DNA of 64,000 bases from Candidatus Woesearchaeota archaeon (GCA_021735165.1 JAIPHP010000003.1:1419-65418); one strand, 5' to 3'. Shown: positions 9,575 through 20,767, counted from the stretch's first letter. The notes: generated by a model from the letters alone, not told the origin. Translations and numbers: made by a program.

Positions 9575-10885
9575 ATGATAGAAATAATTCCTGTAGGGGG
9601 ATACAGCGAAATAGGAAGAAACTGCACAATCGTTAAATGGAAAGACGAAGCAGTAATGCTCGATTTAGGGTTGATGATGGAAAATTATGTTCCAATACAA
9701 GAAGAAAATGAAAAAATGCCATTAGACCTCTTAATAAGGGAGCAAGCAGTTCCAGATCTTGACGCAGTACGCGAAGAATTAAAGTACATAAAAGGAATAA
9801 TAATAAGCCATGCACACCTAGATCATATAGGCGCAATACCGCACTTCATAAACAAAATAAAAGCACCCATATACGGAACAAAATTCACCATCGAAATAAT
9901 AAAAGCAATCCTTGATGATAAAAAAACAAAAACAGGCACTAAACTAATAACAAAAAAAACAAACAGCCAATTTAAAGTCTCTAAAAACCTCAAAATACAA
10001 TTTATACACGTAACACACTCAACACCACAATCAGTTATAATTGCAGTACACACACCAGAAGGCACAGTAGTATACGCTAACGATTTTAAATTTGATGAAG
10101 ACCCAGTCTTAGGAGAAAAAACCAACTTTCAAGCACTTAGTAAGCTAAAAAATGTGAAAGCACTAATAATAGATTCATTATATTCTCAAAGTCAAGGAAA
10201 AGCGACTTCAGAAGCAGAGGCAAAAAAACAACTAGAAATAGTTATGCAAGAAAACAATCACAAAAACAAAAACTTAGTAATAACAACATTTTCATCACAA
10301 ATAGCAAGACTTAAAACAATAACAGAAATAACAAAAAAAATAGGTCGGACTCCAGTATTTGTTGGAAGAAGTATGAACAAATATATAACTGCAGCAAAAA
10401 AAGCAAACTTAACAGACTTGACAAAAAAAGCAGAAATAATAAAATACGGATCAGCAATAGAAAAATACTTCAAACAAAACAAAATCACAACAGACAAAGT
10501 CTTCATAGTAACAGGTCATCAGGGAGAACCAAGGTCTGTATTAAGCAGAATGAGCAAAGGAAAATTTTTCCCCTTCAATGACCAAGATACAATAATATTT
10601 TCTTGCAAAATAATACCCACAGAAGAATGCTTTCAAAATAGAGAAAAATTAGAAATCGAACTTAAAGCAAGAAATTTAGAAATAATAAAAGACATACACG
10701 CATCAGGACACGCATACCAAGAAGATCACCAGCAATTAATAAAAACAATAAAACCAGAAAACATAATACCAACTCACGGAGACTTAGAAATGTTACAAGC
10801 ACAAAAACAAAACTGCAAAAAATTAGGATACAAAGACGAAAACATACACATACTTCAAAATTTCTCAAAAATATATCTTAAATAA
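9575..10885 (+). CDS. beta-CASP ribonuclease, RNase J-like
   Basis: N-terminus MIEIIPVGGYSEIGRNCTIV and HAHLDHIGAIP motif typical of RNase J; C-terminal HxH/H motifs (HASGHA, THGD). Confidence 0.7.
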   Translation: MIEIIPVGGYSEIGRNCTIVKWKDEAVMLDLGLMMENYVPIQEENEKMPLDLLIREQAVPDLDAVREELKYIKGIIISHAHLDHIGAIPHFINKIKAPIYGTKFTIEIIKAILDDKKTKTGTKLITKKTNSQFKVSKNLKIQFIHVTHSTPQSVIIAVHTPEGTVVYANDFKFDEDPVLGEKTNFQALSKLKNVKALIIDSLYSQSQGKATSEAEAKKQLEIVMQENNHKNKNLVITTFSSQIARLKTITEITKKIGRTPVFVGRSMNKYITAAKKANLTDLTKKAEIIKYGSAIEKYFKQNKITTDKVFIVTGHQGEPRSVLSRMSKGKFFPFNDQDTIIFSCKIIPTEECFQNREKLEIELKARNLEIIKDIHASGHAYQEDHQQLIKTIKPENIIPTHGDLEMLQAQKQNCKKLGYKDENIHILQNFSKIYLK

Positions 10886-13466
10886 GATGTTCCACATCAT
10901 TTAATGTAGCTTTATTGCTAAGCGCGGGCTTAATATCAATTCCCGCAACAGCTTTCCTGTTTAAATAATCGCATACAAACTTATGTTCATCATAACATTT
11001 AGTACAAGAATGACATACATCATGTTGATAAGTCTTATATTCAATAAATTCCTTAATATCAGTTCTTAACATTTCTTTTTCTTCCATAATTTGACCAACA
11101 AGATGCTGAATGCCCTTATGGAAAATGTGATCCTTATCAAACCTAATTATCGGGGAAGTTTGCATAGGTCTGTGTTCATTATGAGGAATAACAAAGCTCC
11201 CCTTTCCCTGAAAACCATAATAAAAAGCATTTTTATCAAGACTTGCATACAAATTCTCTATTTTTATTCCCATATTTTTTTCAACAACAGATTTGATAGT
11301 AAAATGATAAAAAAATAATTGAGCCATATATTTATGTTCAGGATAATGAGTAACTCTGTTTGTCTTAGTATCATTAATAAATAAATCAAAAGTATTCTCT
11401 CCTTTCTTAAGGAAAAGATAAACATCAGGATGCAATGAAACAGAAAACTCTTGCATGCTATGCTTTCCAGGAAACTTAAATTTAGTTGCAAATGTCGTCT
11501 CAGAATAATTATCAGAGCTAACAGGTTCAATTCCTGCTTTCTCTAAAGTTTGATAATGAACTAAATCAGGATAAGGCTCAGTTGTCAATGCATGAATAGC
11601 AGTTCCTCTCATAGCAAAAATACTGTTAAAACTATCTGAATCTCTATATTTTAAAAAATTATCTTTAGTAAAGTCTCCTATGTAATTCAATGCCTTTTTT
11701 ATCAAGGCATTTCGTGTCTCAATCGGAATAGTTCCTATAATTTTCTCTAAAGTGCAACCAACATATGCATTTCCTTCAAACAATTCATCAAAATATTGAT
11801 TAGAGAACTTAGGAGATGTCGGGAGTGAAAGTTCAGAGCCTCTGAAATCAGAAATAACGCTGATGTCTCTTCCTGGAACTTCGTCTAATTCAAAGATATC
11901 TATGCCACTTGTAATATTATCTTTTAACTTATCAGGCGTTAATATCTTTTTATCCTTAAATTCAGGAAACCACCTAACATTTTCTTTATTATCTTTTCTG
12001 AAACCATCATATATGCTCTTATTATTTCCAAAAATAATTGCAAGTCTTGGTTCTTTTCTGCTCCAACCAATTCTATGAGTATAAGAAAATCTGTCAATAA
12101 GCTCAAGATGAATCTTTCCCAAATCATAATCATTAGGTTTCTTAAACAAATAATCAATAAGAGCGTGTCCATTAGGCCATTTATTTTCGGTTCCCTTTTC
12201 AAGAAGCATCCAGGGATACTTAGGAAGCGAAACGAATTCAATTAAATTATCCGGCTTTTTAATTGATATCTGTAAACTTTTTCTCTTAAACTTTTTAGTG
12301 TATTGCATATGCATATTATCAATCATGCCAAAAAGACGTCCCATTGCTCTCGGTTCACATATGCCAAGTTTTGGCATGTCAAGACCATTAAGAGGGCCAT
12401 ATTCTCCTCCTGTATTTTTCAAACGAGGCTTGCCATTCACAGGATTAAGCAATTTTGAAGAAGCTTTATTAACAGCTCTTTGCATAATCTCAAAACTTGA
12501 ACTTGTCTTTTCCATATGAATTGGTATGCCATTAAAACCAAGTCTTGAAAAATTATCAAAACAATAATCATGCACATTATCAATAATATTTCCGAAAGTT
12601 AAAGACATAACTTCAAGACTCGCCTCAACTTCCAATTTCATACGTTCTAAAGCAAATTCAGGATTAAACTTCACAGGATCATAATTTTCTGCAAACATAT
12701 CCGGAGCTAGAGAATACTTCTTTTCTAATTCTTTCTTAGATAAAAGCTCAGGTTTAAACCAAGAATTTCCAACTTTAGGAGAAACATCATCGAATTTTTC
12801 CATCGACCCATACTTAACATTTCCAGAAGCATCATCATTTATTTTTTCTATTTGAGACTTAAGAACTTCTTGCAAACCAAAACCCTTGTCTGTAAAAATA
12901 GGTTTTTGAATCCACACTTCAGGCTGAACATAAACAAGACGAAGCTTTTCAACAAATTCCCTATCAAAACCCAATGAATTCATAGATTCAATAAATATTG
13001 TGCTAAAAAGATGCAAATTACTATATGGATCAAGACCTAATTTTTCATTACTATAAGGGGTAGCAATAGAAGTTCCAGCAATAAAAATGGGATAAGTATC
13101 ATAAAAAATATTTTCTTTGTCTTGATTTTTATTAGAAAAATAATAAAACTGCTCCATATGTCTTATTTGACGCCCCATTTTTTTTATTGAAGAATGTCCA
13201 AATTCATTATCTTTCAAATACAATTTATTTTCTATTTGGTCAATAACTATATTTTCAAGAGTTAGTTTAGGATATTTTTTACTTTTTAACTTCGCCTTAT
13301 TTTTGCTTATTTTGCTAAGAAATGTTTGAGGACTCAATTCTTTACTGGAAGGATCAATAAACAAATGCTGAATAGCTGCAAGCGTATAAAACCTTTTAAC
13401 CACAAAACTAGTATCTATTTCCCCCATTTTTAAAAGAAAAACAACACAATATATAAAAGTTATCAA
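10878..13466 (-). CDS. large hypothetical protein with C-terminal Cys/His cluster
   Basis: 862 aa ORF; C-terminal CHSCTKCYDEHKFVCDY zinc-binding-like cluster; annotated start is only 16 bp from the divergent neighbour's start, so one start is probably mis-called. Confidence 0.5.
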   Translation of the reverse strand: MITFIYCVVFLLKMGEIDTSFVVKRFYTLAAIQHLFIDPSSKELSPQTFLSKISKNKAKLKSKKYPKLTLENIVIDQIENKLYLKDNEFGHSSIKKMGRQIRHMEQFYYFSNKNQDKENIFYDTYPIFIAGTSIATPYSNEKLGLDPYSNLHLFSTIFIESMNSLGFDREFVEKLRLVYVQPEVWIQKPIFTDKGFGLQEVLKSQIEKINDDASGNVKYGSMEKFDDVSPKVGNSWFKPELLSKKELEKKYSLAPDMFAENYDPVKFNPEFALERMKLEVEASLEVMSLTFGNIIDNVHDYCFDNFSRLGFNGIPIHMEKTSSSFEIMQRAVNKASSKLLNPVNGKPRLKNTGGEYGPLNGLDMPKLGICEPRAMGRLFGMIDNMHMQYTKKFKRKSLQISIKKPDNLIEFVSLPKYPWMLLEKGTENKWPNGHALIDYLFKKPNDYDLGKIHLELIDRFSYTHRIGWSRKEPRLAIIFGNNKSIYDGFRKDNKENVRWFPEFKDKKILTPDKLKDNITSGIDIFELDEVPGRDISVISDFRGSELSLPTSPKFSNQYFDELFEGNAYVGCTLEKIIGTIPIETRNALIKKALNYIGDFTKDNFLKYRDSDSFNSIFAMRGTAIHALTTEPYPDLVHYQTLEKAGIEPVSSDNYSETTFATKFKFPGKHSMQEFSVSLHPDVYLFLKKGENTFDLFINDTKTNRVTHYPEHKYMAQLFFYHFTIKSVVEKNMGIKIENLYASLDKNAFYYGFQGKGSFVIPHNEHRPMQTSPIIRFDKDHIFHKGIQHLVGQIMEEKEMLRTDIKEFIEYKTYQHDVCHSCTKCYDEHKFVCDYLNRKAVAGIDIKPALSNKATLNDVEHLI

Positions 13467-13482
13467 GTGTTTCTATTAATAA

Positions 13483-16179
13483 ATGGTCACAAATTTCGTT
13501 ACGTATTTCGAATCAGACAAATCCCTTGAAGGAAGATTAAATTCCTTAGTAGATATAGCGGTATGGGATTATGATGAAAAAACTGAAAAATTTTCAGAAA
13601 ATGACTGGTATAAAATAAAAATACCAAACAAAATATCAACTCCTTTTCTAAAAAATCAAAACAGAAAAGAACTTCTAACAGCAGTAAATAGTTTTCGAGA
13701 AAAAATAGAAGACAAATATGTTCAAGAAATTTCTAATATCCAAAAATCACTCGAAAAAAAAATGCCAAAAAAACAAAAAGATGCAAAACAAGAAAAAATG
13801 TTCTTAATAGAAAGATTTCTAGAGAACATAAACGAAGAAATAAAATTACTAGGACCCTTTGGAAATGGAAACTATGAATCATACAACGTCATAATGCCTC
13901 CGATAGAGAAAATGATGGCGAAAACGTATCTATCAAAATACTTCCAATTTTTCAACTCAACAAATTACACTTTGCAAATAATGATGGAACTAAACTTTCC
14001 ATTCAACATAGTAGAATTTCATGATGGAAAAATAAAATTTACTAAAAAAAGAATGGAAATTGATACTTTGTTAAAAGCGCCAATATATTATTTAGATTAC
14101 GAAGCAACAGATTACAAAAAATATTCCATGACAGAAAAATTAACAGGAATGAACAGAGATGAACTAGAAAATACTTTCATAAAATTTGCTAAAGTCTACA
14201 ATTACAAGTTAGTACATAACGATTTTTCAAGTATGAATAGAAAAGACTTCATACAAGGAATAAATAGCATACTAGACTCGAAAAGAAACGAAAGGCTTAC
14301 AGGAGCAGTATTTGGAAGTCTTGATACAGGAGAACAAAAACTAATAACTTCAATAAAATCAGGAAAAGATAAAATAATTATTGATAATCCTTGGAATGAA
14401 GAAAAACATGAATTTGAAATAATAACTGTAAAAGACCAATTTGAACAAACAAAATATTTAAATAAAAACTTTAAAGGATTATTCATCGCCGGATTCTACC
14501 ATTTATTCTATGATTATTTAGCCGGAGAAAAATTTACAGGAATACAGAATTTTGGTATGCGAGGAAAAAAAGCAAAATTCAAAGGACAAATAATAGATTA
14601 CCGGCAAACAAGAATGCTACCAGGACGAATAGATGTAGACCCTTCGTCATGCAGTCAAAAAATAATGAAGAATCCAAGCAATAAAATGGATGCAGTTGGA
14701 GAAGATGTATCAGGAATAAAAACAAAAAAGAAACACAACCACGAAGAACTTGAAATAATAACTCACAGAGCACTAAATGGAGATTTAAAAGCAGCAATCG
14801 AATTTCTTAAATATACAGCAATCGACGGATTAAAAACAGGAAAAATAGTTCGAGATTTATTACCAGAACACTTGCACTTATTTAGAATCTTTAACTCGAT
14901 AGGATATAGGATAGACGCAACAGGAATAAACTCTTTAACAGAAGAATTCTGGTACATGAACCATTTTAAAAGAAACAAAGCATATCCTTTTGAATCTATA
15001 AAAAGTTTCAAAGCACCAATATTTGAAGAAGAAATAAAATACAAAGATTATAAAATACAAAATTTAACAGCAGATTATTTTAAATTTCAAAATCATAAAA
15101 TAGAAACAAAAAAGGGTTTAAAAAACGCATACTTAGTAGACTTTTTTCCTTTAACAAGTTCATTTAAAAGTCTGCTTCGTAAAGATAAGGATGTTGAAAA
15201 CTTCTATAAGTTTGCAAGCACATCAAAAGATGAAAAACTAAAAGCAAGGGCATACAGATGGATAGAACAATTAGCAAAATACCCTTACTTTTACAGTCAA
15301 AAACACAAGGAAGCATGGAAATTTAACAAGCACTTTGGAATACATAGAAACGAAAAGGAAATAGAAGAAATAAACACGGAATTAATGAGTTACTTTAACA
15401 AAGTACAAGCACTATTTGAAGACTGTCCTCCCATAAATTATAACGGAGAAAGCATTTTATTATCAGAAAATATTTCAGAAGAAGAATTAAAAGAGCGTAT
15501 GAAACCACTTGGAATAATAAAAGGAAAAGGACCATTTATTTCAGGAACAAAAGGTAGATTTGCAGGAAACATAAATGGACAATTAATTATGCAAGGAATA
15601 GCAGATTTTAACTCAAAAAAAGGAGAAAGAAATATATTTGAAAAAGATATATATAATAAATTCTTTGAAACAATATTGTTTGAAAATAATCTTGAAGAAG
15701 CTTTGAAATATGTTTTTAACAGAATAGAACAATTTCACAAAGGAAATTTAACTAAAGAAGAATTAATCTATGAAAAAATAGCAAAAAAAGACCATACAGA
15801 CTACGCAATTAGTGCAACCGCTCCATTTATAGACGCATTTATAGAACGCCAAGTAATGAAAGGAGATGAAGTTAGATATGAGTATAATTATGAAAGACTA
15901 TTAAAAAAATTTTTTGGAATGGAAGAAGTTGAATTTTCAAACAAAACTCAGTCTTCATTATCAATTGAAAATACTCCCCAAAAAATATGTGATTATAATT
16001 CTTCTTGTGAATGTAAACATTACAAGTTTCATCCTGAACAAGGAACTATAAGTAGAATAATAAACTGGGTCTTTCCAGTACACGAAAACACCCTGGAAAA
16101 AAATGTAGTTGCTAGTGCTTATCTTAATGGAGAATCAAATGAGTTGGTCAAAAAAATAATTTGTTCTCACAAAAATTGA
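13483..16179 (+). CDS. large hypothetical protein
   Basis: 898 aa ORF, divergent from the 862-aa gene; no recognizable catalytic motif; C-terminal Cys cluster CDYNSSCECKHYKFH. Confidence 0.5.
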   Translation: MVTNFVTYFESDKSLEGRLNSLVDIAVWDYDEKTEKFSENDWYKIKIPNKISTPFLKNQNRKELLTAVNSFREKIEDKYVQEISNIQKSLEKKMPKKQKDAKQEKMFLIERFLENINEEIKLLGPFGNGNYESYNVIMPPIEKMMAKTYLSKYFQFFNSTNYTLQIMMELNFPFNIVEFHDGKIKFTKKRMEIDTLLKAPIYYLDYEATDYKKYSMTEKLTGMNRDELENTFIKFAKVYNYKLVHNDFSSMNRKDFIQGINSILDSKRNERLTGAVFGSLDTGEQKLITSIKSGKDKIIIDNPWNEEKHEFEIITVKDQFEQTKYLNKNFKGLFIAGFYHLFYDYLAGEKFTGIQNFGMRGKKAKFKGQIIDYRQTRMLPGRIDVDPSSCSQKIMKNPSNKMDAVGEDVSGIKTKKKHNHEELEIITHRALNGDLKAAIEFLKYTAIDGLKTGKIVRDLLPEHLHLFRIFNSIGYRIDATGINSLTEEFWYMNHFKRNKAYPFESIKSFKAPIFEEEIKYKDYKIQNLTADYFKFQNHKIETKKGLKNAYLVDFFPLTSSFKSLLRKDKDVENFYKFASTSKDEKLKARAYRWIEQLAKYPYFYSQKHKEAWKFNKHFGIHRNEKEIEEINTELMSYFNKVQALFEDCPPINYNGESILLSENISEEELKERMKPLGIIKGKGPFISGTKGRFAGNINGQLIMQGIADFNSKKGERNIFEKDIYNKFFETILFENNLEEALKYVFNRIEQFHKGNLTKEELIYEKIAKKDHTDYAISATAPFIDAFIERQVMKGDEVRYEYNYERLLKKFFGMEEVEFSNKTQSSLSIENTPQKICDYNSSCECKHYKFHPEQGTISRIINWVFPVHENTLEKNVVASAYLNGESNELVKKIICSHKN

Positions 16180-16263
16180 TAAACATATATAATAACAAGA
16201 AAATACGACTTTTTTACTATACTGAAGATAAATATTTTATGTCAATCAACAAAAAGCAAAAAA

Positions 16264-16303
16264 GTATATAAAGAACAACAAATTATTAGCACTAATGAGG
16301 AGG
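16264..16303 (+). promoter_or_regulatory. putative archaeal TATA box (GTATATAAAG) plus Shine-Dalgarno GAGGAGG upstream of PCNA
   Basis: TATA-like element about 40 nt upstream of ATG 16312; purine-rich RBS at 16297-16303. Confidence 0.35.
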
Positions 16304-16311
16304 ATAAAATA

Positions 16312-17055
16312 ATGAAATTCACACTCGCAGAACCAAAACTACTAAAAGAAAGTATTGCAATCATATCAGAATTAGTAACTGAAACCAGACTGCATGCAAC
16401 TAAAGACATGCTACAAATAATAGCAATGGACCCTGCAAACGTAGCAATGGTAATCTTCAAAATGCCATCAAGCTCATTTGTAGAATACAAGCTAGAAGAA
16501 GACACAACAATCGCAATAAACATGGCAAGCTTAAAACAAATACTAAGAAGAGCAAAACCAAAAGACGTGCTAAGCATAGAAACAACAGAAAATAAACTAA
16601 AATTAACACTAAAAGAAAAAAACACAAGAACCTTTGAATTACCACTAATAGACATAGACGAAAAAGATCAAAAAATACCAAAACTAAGTGCAAAGGCAAC
16701 TATAACAATGAAAAGCACGATATTTAATGATGCAATAGAAGACGTAGACATAGTATCAGAATCAGTAACTCTAATAGCACAAAAAGACAAACTATCAATA
16801 TCCGCGTCAGGAGACCTAACAAAAGCAGAAGTAGAAATAAATCCTAATGATGATGTAAAAATACAAATAGACGAAGAAGAACCACAAAGAAGCAAATACT
16901 CTGTAGAATACTTAAAAAAAATGATGCAAGGATCAAAACTATCAGAAACAGTAACCATAAAATTCTCAAAAGATTATCCAATAACAATAGAATACAAAGA
17001 AATAGACAAACTAGAACTAAGCTTTATACTAGCACCTAGAGTTGACAATGATTAA
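16312..17055 (+). CDS. pcn: DNA polymerase sliding clamp PCNA
   Basis: 247 aa, archaeal PCNA-like sequence ending in the characteristic ...ILAPRVDND C-terminus. Confidence 0.85.
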   Translation: MKFTLAEPKLLKESIAIISELVTETRLHATKDMLQIIAMDPANVAMVIFKMPSSSFVEYKLEEDTTIAINMASLKQILRRAKPKDVLSIETTENKLKLTLKEKNTRTFELPLIDIDEKDQKIPKLSAKATITMKSTIFNDAIEDVDIVSESVTLIAQKDKLSISASGDLTKAEVEINPNDDVKIQIDEEEPQRSKYSVEYLKKMMQGSKLSETVTIKFSKDYPITIEYKEIDKLELSFILAPRVDND

Positions 17056-17056
17056 T
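17032..17056. repeat. 25-bp direct repeat copy 1 (gcacctagagttgacaatgattaat), putative attL; covers the last codons and stop of PCNA
   Basis: Exact 25/25 match to 40642-40666. Confidence 0.65.
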
Positions 17057-17479
17057 AGGTACAGTTCAGGACTATAGAGCCAGGGTATAAAACTGGCTAA
17101 TTCCTTTGTTTTTCGTCTATAGAGTACGCCTAATTGTTTATGAAGTTCTCCCATTGTTCTTTAAAGGGAGCGTTTTTCTATATAAAACTTGTCGCTCAGG
17201 ACTAGTTTCCATTACAAACTTATACTTTCGGATAACATCTGGATGAAGTATAATAATGTCTAGTGATGAATAAGTTTTAACTCTGTTTTCTTTAGTAACA
17301 TTTACGCTAATAAAATAATATAAAGAAAGAAAGTTCTATTCTAGTTATCAGAAAATAATAACTTCAAGATGTAAGTTTCTTTATTTATTTTTTGATGTGA
17401 TTAAGTTTTGCCTCACAGAAGGCTTTGGAGCACAGACTCTTTTCTAAGATAGAAAACATACTGCAAAGGAGGTAAAACT

Positions 17480-17914
17480 ATGAAACAGATAAAAAGAAAG
17501 GACTTTACACAAGAGTTCATAATTAAAATAGTAAATCCACGAAAGATTGGAAATCAATGGACAGGTTATATTTCAACAATTCATGCAGCTAATTTCTTTG
17601 GTAAAGATCTAGAAGTATTTCCAATGAGGTACAGAGATGAAGATGAGAACCTTGGTCTTGCATATTATACAGAGATGCCATCTGATTATTATTACAGACC
17701 ATACAAAGTCTACAAGCTAAAGAAAAATTACAAGTTAGCAAATGGCGAGACAAAAACAACCTGGAGTTATTGTATTCCCATTCCTGCAAAGATGATGGTA
17801 GATGTAGGAATATCTAAGCATGATCCAAGAAAACATCTTACTATAACTGGAGGTATCCTTGAGGATGGTTCAAGAGTAATACTTGTGCAAAAGTATAAGC
17901 TAGAGGCTAAGTGA
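17480..17914 (+). CDS. hypothetical protein
   Basis: 144 aa ORF with an RBS-like GGAGG 8 nt upstream. Confidence 0.45.
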   Translation: MKQIKRKDFTQEFIIKIVNPRKIGNQWTGYISTIHAANFFGKDLEVFPMRYRDEDENLGLAYYTEMPSDYYYRPYKVYKLKKNYKLANGETKTTWSYCIPIPAKMMVDVGISKHDPRKHLTITGGILEDGSRVILVQKYKLEAK

Positions 17915-18010
17915 TAATTTCGCTAATAAATCGCGGGAATCATGTATGTCTTACCCTGAAAAAGTCCAATGTTTCCCGCAGATGATTCGAATTTATGGAA
18001 GTTATAGAAG

Positions 18011-20074
18011 ATGAAGAATAATATTGAAGATATAAGGTCTAAATTATTGAATCTTATGATGAATTGTCCTATTGTTGGGACTTCTGATGAAATTCATATG
18101 GAGATGAATAAATTTATTTATAGATTAATTCCTAATGATGCTGATAATAATTTAAAAGTTCTATCAGATATTAAACAACACATTCTTTCAATTAGAGAAA
18201 AACATAAGGATGAAGATATTCTTCTTGAAACTTTTAATTTTATTGATAGTTATTTAGGTTGTAAAAATTCTTTTTCTGATTTTGATAAAACTTCTAATGT
18301 TCCTAATTCTTTTTTAGATGCTTTAACTATGGTTGAGGGAGATAGAATAATTAGATCAGATAAACAATTTAATCAGTCTCAACTTAAAACAATTGCATTA
18401 CATTGTTATAATGAAATTAAAAGTTTATGTTTTACAATTTCTAGAGGGACAATATTAAAAGGTAAAATGGTTGGTGTATTAAGGAATGGAACTAAAGTAA
18501 AAATTCCTGTTATGACTTTGTATCAAGTTTCTGGAGGAGATAATCCTCAATACGCTCCTTATCTTTTTACAGATGCTCCGTCGAGAAAAAGAGTGTCAAG
18601 AGAATTGGCAGGGTATTTTTATATCTATAAATTTGTGAGTGAATCAGATGAACTTTTTATTGTTCTAAGTCAAAAGAAATTAGATCTTAGAAGATATGAA
18701 ATTGAAGGTAATGTCTTTGAAGTTAAAGATTCTAGTTTGATTGCTGAGACAAGTAAGATTCCTGTTAAGTCTAAAGTATTCTTCTTACATACTGCAAAGT
18801 CTGTTGTTACAAAACTAAAGAACCATGATGAGTTATTTTCTTTCTGTAAAGATAAGGGTGTAACTGCAGACAGAATGCTAAATTATATTGTTTCAATTAA
18901 TGATGATGGAAAAATTAAGATGTTTCTTCATCCTTTATGGTTTTTGCAATTATTATTCATATTTCTTATTCATGCTAAAAAAGGAGAAACCGATAAGTTT
19001 CCTCTTCATCTGCTTTGGATAGCTGATAGGGGTACTGGTAAAACCACTTGTCTTGAGGCAATAGTTCAAAAGTTTGGAGAGAAGATTATTGATGGATCTA
19101 CATCAACTCTCAAATATCTAATTCCAAGTTTTAAGGAAAGAAATAATCCTGAAATTGGTGCTTTAGCTGTTGCTGTTTTTATTGTTGGACTTGATGAATT
19201 TCTTAGAATGTTTTTCAAAGGAAAAAATGATGAAAGAAATATTGATGCTGCAAGAATGAATATTCTTCTTGAACATAAAGAACGTGCAGCAGGTTCAGGT
19301 CATGGAGCAACTATTGTTAAAATGACGGCAAGATTAATTGCTACAACTAATCCAGTTGCAGGAACAAATAATATCTATAATCTCTTAGATAAAGTTGATG
19401 ATAGTTTTCTTAGTAGAATGCTTATTTATTATCAGTTGCCTGAACATCAAGAGTTTATCAATGAGTCAAAAAAGAAGAGATATACTAAATCTGATTTTTG
19501 GCTTGATGAAGATGATTTTATTTCAATTATTGAATATCTGTCATGTTTTGAGGCTAGTTATGATTGGGATGAGTTGATTAAGTTATATGAATTGTTTAGT
19601 CTGCCATTAAGTGAAGAAGTTAAAGGGATGTATGAAGCTAGATATCTTCATCATCTTGAATGTATGCTTGATGGTGTTGTGAAAATGAGATGTCTTTTTG
19701 AGGGGGATAATAGTTTTACTGCTAAACCTGAAGATTATAAACTTCTTGAGTTTATCTTTGGAAAGATTATTTCTTCTTGGTTTGGAGACACAAGAGATTT
19801 AGTTTTGAATTTGAGTATTCCTGCAGAGAATAGAGTTAATTATCTTCCTGAACAGGCAAAGGTAATTTTGGATGTGTTAGGTCGTATTGGTTTTAAGACT
19901 AAGATTGAAGAGCTGAAAAAGGCGTGCCGATCAGAGATGAAAGAAAGTGCATTTGCAAGTATGTTGAGTTTGTTAAAGACTGGACATTTCATTTTTGAGA
20001 CAGGTTCTGAAGTAGAGCATTATGCTTATCATACGGAGGAACAAAATGAAAGAAGATCATTACGAAAAACTTAA
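18011..20074 (+). CDS. MCM-like AAA+ ATPase/helicase (mobile-element replicative helicase candidate)
   Basis: Walker A ADRGTGKTT, Walker B VGLDEF, sensor-1 IATTNP, SRM arginine-finger region (cf. MCM GDPGTAKS/DEFDKM/AAANP/SRFD). No obvious N-terminal C4 zinc finger. Confidence 0.55.
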   Translation: MKNNIEDIRSKLLNLMMNCPIVGTSDEIHMEMNKFIYRLIPNDADNNLKVLSDIKQHILSIREKHKDEDILLETFNFIDSYLGCKNSFSDFDKTSNVPNSFLDALTMVEGDRIIRSDKQFNQSQLKTIALHCYNEIKSLCFTISRGTILKGKMVGVLRNGTKVKIPVMTLYQVSGGDNPQYAPYLFTDAPSRKRVSRELAGYFYIYKFVSESDELFIVLSQKKLDLRRYEIEGNVFEVKDSSLIAETSKIPVKSKVFFLHTAKSVVTKLKNHDELFSFCKDKGVTADRMLNYIVSINDDGKIKMFLHPLWFLQLLFIFLIHAKKGETDKFPLHLLWIADRGTGKTTCLEAIVQKFGEKIIDGSTSTLKYLIPSFKERNNPEIGALAVAVFIVGLDEFLRMFFKGKNDERNIDAARMNILLEHKERAAGSGHGATIVKMTARLIATTNPVAGTNNIYNLLDKVDDSFLSRMLIYYQLPEHQEFINESKKKRYTKSDFWLDEDDFISIIEYLSCFEASYDWDELIKLYELFSLPLSEEVKGMYEARYLHHLECMLDGVVKMRCLFEGDNSFTAKPEDYKLLEFIFGKIISSWFGDTRDLVLNLSIPAENRVNYLPEQAKVILDVLGRIGFKTKIEELKKACRSEMKESAFASMLSLLKTGHFIFETGSEVEHYAYHTEEQNERRSLRKT

Positions 20075-20363
20075 TCTTTATGAAAGAAATAAAGAGGCAA
20101 GGCAAGCAAATCCCTGTATCAATCCAAACTGTGAAAATTTTGTTGATATTGGAAATCAATACAATATTTGTATTAGATGTTTTGAAATGTTAGTTGATTA
20201 TTATGGGTCAGAACATTTTATTTTTGATTATGTGACTAAACCTGCATTAAGAAGAATGCCTGTTGAACAATTAAAGAAAGTATTAGAGAAAGCAGAAAAA
20301 GAAAAACGAACTCTCAAAAATAAGAGATGGGGCATTTCTAACAGTCAAAAGAGGTGGGAATAG
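20022..20363 (+). CDS. small zinc-ribbon protein
   Basis: CxNPNC...CIRC motif; overlaps the MCM-like 3' end (probable start at the internal Met near 20046). Confidence 0.4.
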   Translation: MLIIRRNKMKEDHYEKLNLYERNKEARQANPCINPNCENFVDIGNQYNICIRCFEMLVDYYGSEHFIFDYVTKPALRRMPVEQLKKVLEKAEKEKRTLKNKRWGISNSQKRWE

Positions 20364-20767
20364 TGTCAAATAAGATAGATAATTTTAAAGGGAAAAGGCA
20401 CACTTTTTCGCCAGAAGAGAGGGCGAAAGGTGGAAGAAAAAGAACAGATAAGAAAATTTACAATTGTCAGACTAACGCAATCAAAAAAGGTAAAACTGAG
20501 AATGTTTTGAAAGATTGTAATTCTTGCAATATTCCTCTTTGTCCTTTTTTCAAAGAAGATGAGCAATGTAGTATGTTTAATACAAAGTTTGTAAGATTAG
20601 TTTCGTTTAAGAAAAACCTTTCTTCAATAAAAGATTTTGATGCATTTATGTTTAATTTTTTTCAAAGGGGTGCAAGGGCTCAAACATCGGATTCTTTTGA
20701 AGAAATGAAAATATTTCTTGATGACCTTTTAGAATATAGAGAGTGGAAATATGAATCGCTTAGATAA
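20354..20767 (+). CDS. small Cys-rich protein, paralog A
   Basis: Shares the N-terminal motif DNFKGKxHxF...ERxKGGxK with the next ORF; CNSCNIPLCPFF Cys cluster. Confidence 0.45.
   Translation: MGIVSNKIDNFKGKRHTFSPEERAKGGRKRTDKKIYNCQTNAIKKGKTENVLKDCNSCNIPLCPFFKEDEQCSMFNTKFVRLVSFKKNLSSIKDFDAFMFNFFQRGARAQTSDSFEEMKIFLDDLLEYREWKYESLR

Noticed and set aside
13466-13483. Taking both divergent start codons (13466 and 13483) at face value
   Set aside because: A 16-bp gap cannot hold two archaeal promoters; likely true starts are internal Met codons (e.g. MGEIDTSF in the minus-strand protein).
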